From contig NC_042998.1 of assembly GCF_006345805.1 (NCBI RefSeq), forward strand, positions 64,170,001 through 64,234,000: a DNA stretch of 64,000 nt, read 5' to 3'. The notes beneath the pieces are model-generated. The model was given only the letters and a program-made list of their open reading frames with translations, was not told the DNA's origin and did no database searches. The position numbers and the translations under genes were made by a program. This DNA is from Octopus sinensis (lineage: Eukaryota). Positions 56,731 through 64,000 of the stretch are shown in pieces (position 1 is the stretch's first letter; each line of letters starts with the position of its first letter).

Positions 56731-58655
56731 TCTATTATCTCAACATTTTCCCCACCTATACATTTTATAATATGCCGCTTTACAATGTTTTTATGTAGTA
56801 AATGTAATCATTGAAGTGAGATTCTTGTTTTATACATAGTCCATCGTTAGTAGGGAAAGAACATATTCATATATCCTTAATGCTAATAGTTAAATCACAA
56901 GAAAATTAACCTTCATACCAAAAATGTATAATATGTGCTCACTTTTAGTCGTGGAAAAAGAGTGTTACACATAATTATGAGTCAAAACGTAGTATTAGAA
57001 ATATCGATTACAATTTAGATCAACTGACGTCCCTTGTGAATAGATTGTACAATCTATCAGATTTCTTGAGGTAGAAACTGTAATCGAGTGTGAGTGAAAA
57101 GTAGTTACGAAATATTTCAAATATTACCAAGAAATTCACAGTAAAAATTGTAAATATAAACAAATATATGTAACCACAAGTATCAGCAATAGTAAAGGAG
57201 GAAAATTTAAATAGCTCATTGCATAGTTATTTTCGTGCTAATTTAGATGAATTGATTTCAATGAACATTATCATTACAGAGAGTTGTTATTATTCATAAT
57301 TAAGAATTCGTTTCTTCCGTAATTATTGCTATTTCAAGTGAAATACATCGGAAATGAAACATCTAATTATATAAATGAAATAATACTAAATTAAACAGGT
57401 ATGCTACTTTAGCTCTCTTTTCAAATGAAAAATGTGTTCGTAGTAACTGCCACAGATTTGCATGAATGCGGACTACATTATCTCTGGTAAATTTATTTTA
57501 TTCAGAACTAAATGAAGTTAATAAAGTGATTACTATATGCTACTACATATGCACGAACGCTTGCATATCATCTGGAAATATTAATGATATCATGAAATAT
57601 AAAACACACACAGAATCACTATAATTAAGTAGTTTCCTTACTAGCACAACCTATATATTATATGACTGAATATGCATAGTGTTTTTTTTAAAATTAATTT
57701 TAAAATTCAATACTTGTATATTTGAAGTTTAGCATATATGAAACAAAACTGTCCAAATTACGTTGTAATCTGTATGTCACGTATTCTTACATAAATGACT
57801 TTCTATATTCAATTGCATATCGCAAAATGAGTTTGCAAAATGAGTTTGCAAAATGAGTTTGCAAAATAAAGCACAAATTTCTGAGTTGAGTCTGTATGAA
57901 GTCATGATATGAGTCTCTGTTGGAAATAGTCAGCTATTCTGTGGAATTGCTTTTGTAGGCAACTTCTTTCACCTTGAAACTATTTATCGATGCCGATTTT
58001 TGTGTAATGCATAACGGCAAGTAATTCGCGTAATCAAAACGAAAATGACCTACTGCATGACATAGTATATAGCAATGCCTAAAGCAGGATTCTATATTAA
58101 GCACTCGATCACATTCACTCCGAGAGTATTGATAAATCTATTCGACAATTAAAGCTGTACATATACATACACACGTCTATTTTCAAATACATTTATTTAT
58201 GTCCTCGCACCATCTGCTTTACTGATATACTGACGCATGTACCCAGTTGTTTATTCCCAGTCTTCCGCTGTCACTTACCTCAGAATATAGTAAATCATTA
58301 TTTGGGTAATCGCGAACTTTCCCATTTATTTTAGTTTCATATGCTAGATTTCCAAAATTGTAACACATTAAGTCTCATAAAATGATCTGATTTGCTTGAA
58401 GCTTTTGTATGAAAGACAAGGCCACACAATACACAATAGACCGTTATTATTATTAGTTTCTGCATGATTTGGCATCCTAAATCTTTCAGCGTGACATATC
58501 ATATACAATGCTTCAAGCTATTCGCAACATTTTATTATCATTAAGCACGAGCCAAGACGAATTAATACAGTTCAATATTTAAGTGATGAGCAATAATGTG
58601 CATTATTTACATTATTTACATTTGACGGACATTTGTCCCCATCTTGTACGTTGTT

Positions 58656-58701
58656 AACACAACGTTTCGGCTGATATATTCACCAGCCTTCATCAGGTGC
58701 C
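58656..58701 (-). ncRNA. Minimal hammerhead motif in an inverted family S tail (58600-58752)
   Basis: Minus strand: ggcac CTGATGAA ggctg(gtgaatatat)cagcc GAAACGTT gtgtt. Confidence 0.75.
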
Positions 58702-58777
58702 TTGTGGAAATTTCGAGCCTGTGTTCTCATTCCTGAGGTATTTTTCGATGCTGTTAATATTATTATTATTATTATTA

Positions 58778-58834
<57 letters not shown>

Positions 58835-58843
58835 TATTATTAC

Positions 58844-58907
<64 letters not shown>

Positions 58908-59158
58908 TGGAGGGAATTTTAGGGATTATACATCCGATATTTCCTATCCGTCCTTAATACCGGTTCCCATATGCTACTCATATCTGCAATCAGTCTGCTT
59001 AGGAGATTGTTGTCTCCTAGCATATGTGCACATAATTTTCCCCGGGCATATGGCGTAGTGGTTAAGAGCACGGACTACTAACCCCATGATTCCGAGTTCG
59101 ATTCCAGGCAGTGACCTAAATTATGATGATGGTAATAGTAATAATAATAATGATAATA

Positions 59159-59197
<39 letters not shown>

Positions 59198-59204
59198 TAA
59201 TAAT

Positions 59205-59241
<37 letters not shown>

Positions 59242-59315
59242 ATTATTATTATTATTATTTTATTATTATTATATTATTATATTATTAATATTATTATTAT
59301 TATTATTATTATGCA

Positions 59316-59700
59316 ATTCCAGACAGTGGCTCTCGTGACTTCTGATCTTAACTGATTGAAGTGTTATCATAGCACCATAGCCTTCTGTCGAGAGGAATTC
59401 TTTGGTGTTTGGATAATTCATCTTTGGAAGCATGGGTGTTTTGTTCAATATCCTTAAACAACCCTTATTCAGCGACAGCTTGAGCGGTAGGGGCTACTCA
59501 ACTTGAAGAAAATTCTAACTGGGCCCCATCTGCAAGATCATGTGCTGTTTATCTTGATATAAGATCACGATGTCGCGCACATATGGTTGTGATGCATGTG
59601 CCTGGTGTACCCTTATCAAACGAGTAGTCATGATGGGTATACTGGGCTTCGTATATTTTACTCCAGTCTCACTTTGATGGCATGCACTGTCTCTCCCTCA
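59316..59700. mobile_element. Family M repeat, inverted and internally deleted
   Basis: Reverse complement of 20153-20686. Confidence 0.8.
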
Positions 59701-59709
59701 ATAATGATG

Positions 59710-59787
<78 letters not shown>

Positions 59788-59834
59788 TCGAAAAATACCT
59801 TAGGAATGCGAACCCGAGTTCGAAATTTCCCCAT

Positions 59835-59880
59835 AACACCTGATGAAGGCTGAAGGGTATATCAGGCGAAACGTTGTGTT
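59835..59880 (+). ncRNA. Minimal hammerhead motif in the family S tail
   Basis: aacac CTGATGAA ggctg(aagggtatat)caggc GAAACGTT gtgtt; perfect 5-bp stem I, one mismatch in stem II. Confidence 0.72.
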
Positions 59881-60588
59881 AACAACAAACAAGATGAGGA
59901 TAAATATCCGTCAAATGTAAGTAATGTAAATAATGTAAGTATTATTAAGGAACTGCTCTTAGATGTTTGGCTAATTACACTGAAAAATATTTACTAAATA
60001 TTGAATATAGCATGTACGTGACTTAAAACCTGTACAGATATATGTGGAGACGATCCAGGCAGATAAGTTATAATTTTTTAGTTGCTCTCCCAGTTCGTGC
60101 GGCGAAGTCACTCGCTTGACTGCGAAACCTTTCCGTTTGCTGCATAACAATTTCTGTAAGTTGCCGTGAGTATGCACATGGAAATTACAGCAAACATTAT
60201 TTAACACAGCGGCTGGGATGTGCATTTAAATTGAATTTGTTTTACACATCGTTTGGACGTGGAATTTTGCGTGTACGTTTCAAATATCTGTAACTAAATA
60301 AACTGATAAAATATCTGGCTTCCTGTGGTAAAACAATTTCATTACGTGTAAACAAAATATATATAGTAATGCATTCAAGAAAATCAGTGCTATTTTCCAG
60401 CATAGTGAACGCAGAAGTGGCTGTGTGGTAAGTAGCTTGCTTACAACCACATGGTTCCGGGTTCAGTCCCACTGCGTGGCAACTTGGGCAAGTGTCTTCT
60501 ACTATAATCTCGGGACGATCAAAGCTTTGTGACTGGATTTGGTTGACGGAAACGGAAAGAAAGAAACCTGTCGTATATATATATATAT

Positions 60589-63515
60589 ATAATTAATTAA
60601 TAAGGGTGAGAGAAATAGATACTAATTTAATAGTATATCTATTCAACACCAAGTGGCCTAGTGCTCCGAGAAACCTGGATTATTATAATATTTTATAACA
60701 TATTATAATATTTTTACAAAATAAATATAAGAGAGTGGTCACTATATGGCTCACTCTAGCACCAGTTAATCCAAAAGGTTTCACCACGAAAATACATGTT
60801 TCCCATGAAAGTCAGTACGATTGTTAGCTCACACGGACAGGGCAAATAAAAAATAACAAAAATACAGATTATTTTGGGACAATTGTTTCGCTATTAATGA
60901 ATTAAATGTAATTTTACTTACAAAAAAATCCATTTGTAGCTCGTCAGCAAAACTATCTGGATGAAATCCACTCAATCACACGCCAGATTTTACCATAACG
61001 ATAAATACGCGTGTGGTTCAATTGATTACATCCGACGTTATAATTCAAATGCCCCAACTAACAGCGCGCAAACTTTCACGGAAAACAAATACAGCATTTA
61101 GAAATAAATGCAGCATAATTATAATTAATTAATAAGGGTGAGAGAAATAGATACTAATTTAATAGTATATCTATTCAACACCAAGTGGCCTAGTGCTCCG
61201 AGAAACCTGGATTATTATAATATTTTATAACATATTATAATATTTTTACAAAATAAATATAAGAGAGTGGTCACTATATGGCTCACTCTAGCACCAGTTA
61301 ATCCAAAAGGTTTCAACCACGAAAAACATGTTTCCATGAAGTCAGTACGATTGTTAGCTCACACGGCAGGGCAAAAAAAAATAACAAAAATACAGTTATT
61401 TGGGACAATTGTTTCGCATTAATGAATTAAATGTAATTTTACTTACAAAAAAATCCATGTAGCTCGTCGGCCAAAACTATCGATGAAATCCACTCAATCA
61501 CACGCCAGATTTTACCATAACGATACATACGCGTGTGGTTCAATTGATAATCCGACGTATAATTCAATGCCCCAACAACAGCGCGCCAAACTTTCACGGA
61601 AAAAAAATAGCATTTAGAATAAATGCAGCATAATTATAATTAATTAATAGGGTGAGAGAAATAGATACTATTTAATAGTATATATTCAACACCAAGTGGC
61701 CTAGTGCTCCGAGAAACCTGGATTATATAATATTTAAACATATTATATATTTTTACAAAATAAATATAAGAGAGTGGTCACTATATGGCTCACTCTAGCA
61801 CAGTTATCCAAAAGGTTTCAACCACGAAAATACATGTTTCCCATGAAAGTCAGTACGATTGTTAGCTCACACGGACAGGGCAAATAAAAAATAACAAAAA
61901 TACAGATTATTTTGTGACATTGTTTCGCTATTAATGAATTAAATGTAATTTTAATTACAAAAAAATCATTTGTAGCACGTCAGCCAAAACTATCTGGATG
62001 AAATCCACTCAATCACACGCAGATTTTACCATAACGATAAATACGCGTGTGGTTCAATTGATACATCGACGTTATAATTCAAATGCCCCAACTAACAGCG
62101 CGCCAAACTATCACGGAAAAACAAAACAGCATTTAGAATAAATGCAGCATAATTATAATTAATTAATAAGGTGAGGAAAAGATACTAATTTAATAGTATA
62201 TTATTCAACACCAGTGGCCTAGTGCTCCGAGAAACTGGATTATTATAATATTTTATAACATATATAATATTTTTACAAATTAAATATAAGAGAGTGGTCA
62301 CTATATGGCTCACTCTAGCACCAGTTAATCCAAAAGGTTTCAACACGAAAATACATGTTTCCATGAAAGTCAGTACGATTGTTAGCTCACACGGACAGGG
62401 CAAATAAAAAATAAAACAAAATACAGATTATTTTGGGACAATTGTTTCGCTATTAATGAATTAAATGTAATTTTACTTACAAAAAAATCCATTTGTAGCT
62501 CGTCGGCCAAAACTATCTGGATGAAATCCACTCAATCACACGCCAGATTTTACCATAACGATAAATACGCGTGTGGTTCAATTGATTACATCCGACGTTA
62601 TAATTCAATGCCCCAACTAACAGCGCGCCAAACTTTCACGGAAAACAAATACAGCATTTAGAAATAAATGCAGCATAATTATAATTAATTAATAAGGGTG
62701 AGAGAAATAGATACTAATTTAATAGTATATCTATTCAACACCAGTGGCCTAGTGCTCCGAGAAACCTGGATTATTATAATATTTTATAACATATTATAAT
62801 ATTTTTACAAAATAAATATAAGAGAGTGGTCACTATATGGCTCACTCTAGCACCAGTTAATCCAAAAGGTTTCAACCACGAAAATACATGTTTCCCATGA
62901 AAGTCAGTACGATTGTTAGCTCACACGGACAGGGCAAATAAAAAATAACAAAAATACAGATTATTTTGTGACAATTGTTTCGCTATTAATGAATTAAATG
63001 TAATTTTACTTACAAAAAAATCCATTTGTAGCACGTCAGCCAAAACTATCTGGATGAAATCCACTCAATCACACGCCAGATTTTACCATAACGATAAATA
63101 CGCGTGTGGTTCAATTGATTACATCCGACGTTATAATTCAAATGCCCCAACTAACAGCGCGCCAAACTTTCACGGAAAACAAATACAGCATTTAGAAATA
63201 AATGCAGCATAATTATAATTAATTAATAAGGGTGAGAGAAATAGATACTAATTTAATAGTATATCTATTCAACACCAAGTGGCCTAGTGCTCCGAGAAAC
63301 CTGGATTATTATAATATTTTATAACATATTATAATATTTTTACAAAATAAATATAAGAGAGTGGTCACTATATGGCTCACGTTATTTTTTATTTGCCCTG
63401 TCCGTGTGAGCTAACAATCGTACTGACTTTCATGGGAAACATGTATTTTCGTGGTTGAAACCTTTTGGATTAACTGGTGCTAGAGTGAGCCATATAGTGA
63501 CCACTCTCTTATATT

Positions 63516-63522
<7 letters not shown>
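60589..63522 (-). mobile_element. Tandem array of ~534-bp non-coding units (5.3 copies), each with a hammerhead, plus an inverted terminal segment; retrozyme-like
   Basis: Unit starts ATAATTAATTAATAAGGGTG at ~60589, 61121, 61637, 62155, 62681, 63215; 63381-63522 is an inverted part of the unit; (TA)n on both sides. Confidence 0.88.
60865..60959 (-). ncRNA. Type I hammerhead ribozyme with canonical core (array unit 1); variants at ~61393-61481, 61903-61996, 62424-62519, 62957-63052
   Basis: Minus strand: cagatagttttg(g) CTGACGA gcta...tagc GAAA caatt GTC^ ccaaaataatctg; long stem I, 4-bp stem II base, palindromic ACAATTGT stem III. Confidence 0.88.
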
Positions 63523-63578
<56 letters not shown>

Positions 63579-63899
63579 GTGTGTGTGTGTGTGTGTTTAT
63601 ACGACGGCAAAACAGATCGATAGAATAAGTATTATGCTTACAAAGAATAAATCCAGGGGTCGATTTGTTCGACTATAGGCGGTGCTCCAGCATGGTCACA
63701 ATCAAATGACTGAAACAAATAATAGAAAAGTATATATTCACCAAGAATTTCTTAACTTTGGAAATTACGTTAATTGATGTTTTTATAGGAGGTATGAGAT
63801 TTCTATAAATCTTTTTAGGTACCTTAACATGTCTAGATTCATACAACTATTAATACTAGCACCCATACTGTCATAAAGAATAGAGCACCCCATATATAT

Positions 63900-64000
63900 A
63901 GAACAGAGAGGAAGAAACCAATGAACTGTACACAGTCTGTTTACCCTATGCGAAAGGCGTCTCCGAAAAGATACAAATGATATGCGGCACATATGACATC
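63900..64000 (+). pseudogene. Fragment of a Penelope/Poseidon-type ORF (RT-EN linker), runs off the window
   Basis: Translates LYTVCLPYAKGVSEKIQMICGTYDI, resembling the PLE linker LPY..G.SE.I. Confidence 0.5.

Larger units (their letters stand above)
59044..59940 (+). mobile_element. Family S SINE: tRNA-like head, (AAT)n, nested family M, hammerhead tail
   Basis: A-box TGGCGTAGTGG 59051, B-box GAGTTCGATTCC 59094; tail 59785-59940. Confidence 0.8.
60410..63730 (+). mobile_element. SINE family A (head 60410-60575, tail ~63600-63730) hosting the tandem array
   Basis: Head and tail sequences as in the other family A copies, separated by the array inside the internal (TA)n. Confidence 0.8.

Noticed and set aside
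57822-57866. GCAAAATGAGTTT x3, and a 28-bp doublet at 51841-51899
   Set aside because: Ordinary slippage duplications with no further structure
59044-59120. tRNA gene (also 18259-18335 and 20751-20826)
   Set aside because: A/B boxes are present but I could not form a full cloverleaf acceptor stem, and each continues into a repeat body; these are SINE heads
60589-63380. CRISPR array or plain satellite interpretation of the tandem array
   Set aside because: There are no unique spacers or cas genes, the context is eukaryotic, and the units carry a ribozyme fold and an inverted end

Overview
AT-rich, microsatellite-dense animal genomic DNA with no host exon that I can recognise. The repeat repertoire suggests a cephalopod (Octopus-like) genome, but that is an inference. 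Nearly all listed ORFs are translations of (TA)n/(CA)n/(ATT)n tracts. Real content: (1) a near-complete Penelope-like element (RT + C-terminal GIY-YIG, ~250-bp pseudo-LTR direct repeats) at ~10.1-15.1 kb; (2) three stacked R4/Dong-type RLE retrotransposon copies in (TAA)n at 31.5-40.0 kb; (3) two CR1/L2-group LINE 3' fragments, Tc1/mariner remnants and many tRNA-derived SINEs. The most notable signal is a set of non-coding elements carrying type I hammerhead ribozyme motifs that I could fold by eye. They include a ~534-bp x5.3 tandem array with one hammerhead per unit and an inverted end (retrozyme-like, 60.6-63.5 kb), a tRNA-headed SINE with a hammerhead tail, and several unrelated short hammerhead elements. 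All sit in microsatellites and most have Penelope-style terminal inversions. Coordinates were read by hand and may be off by a few bases; nothing was computed or searched.
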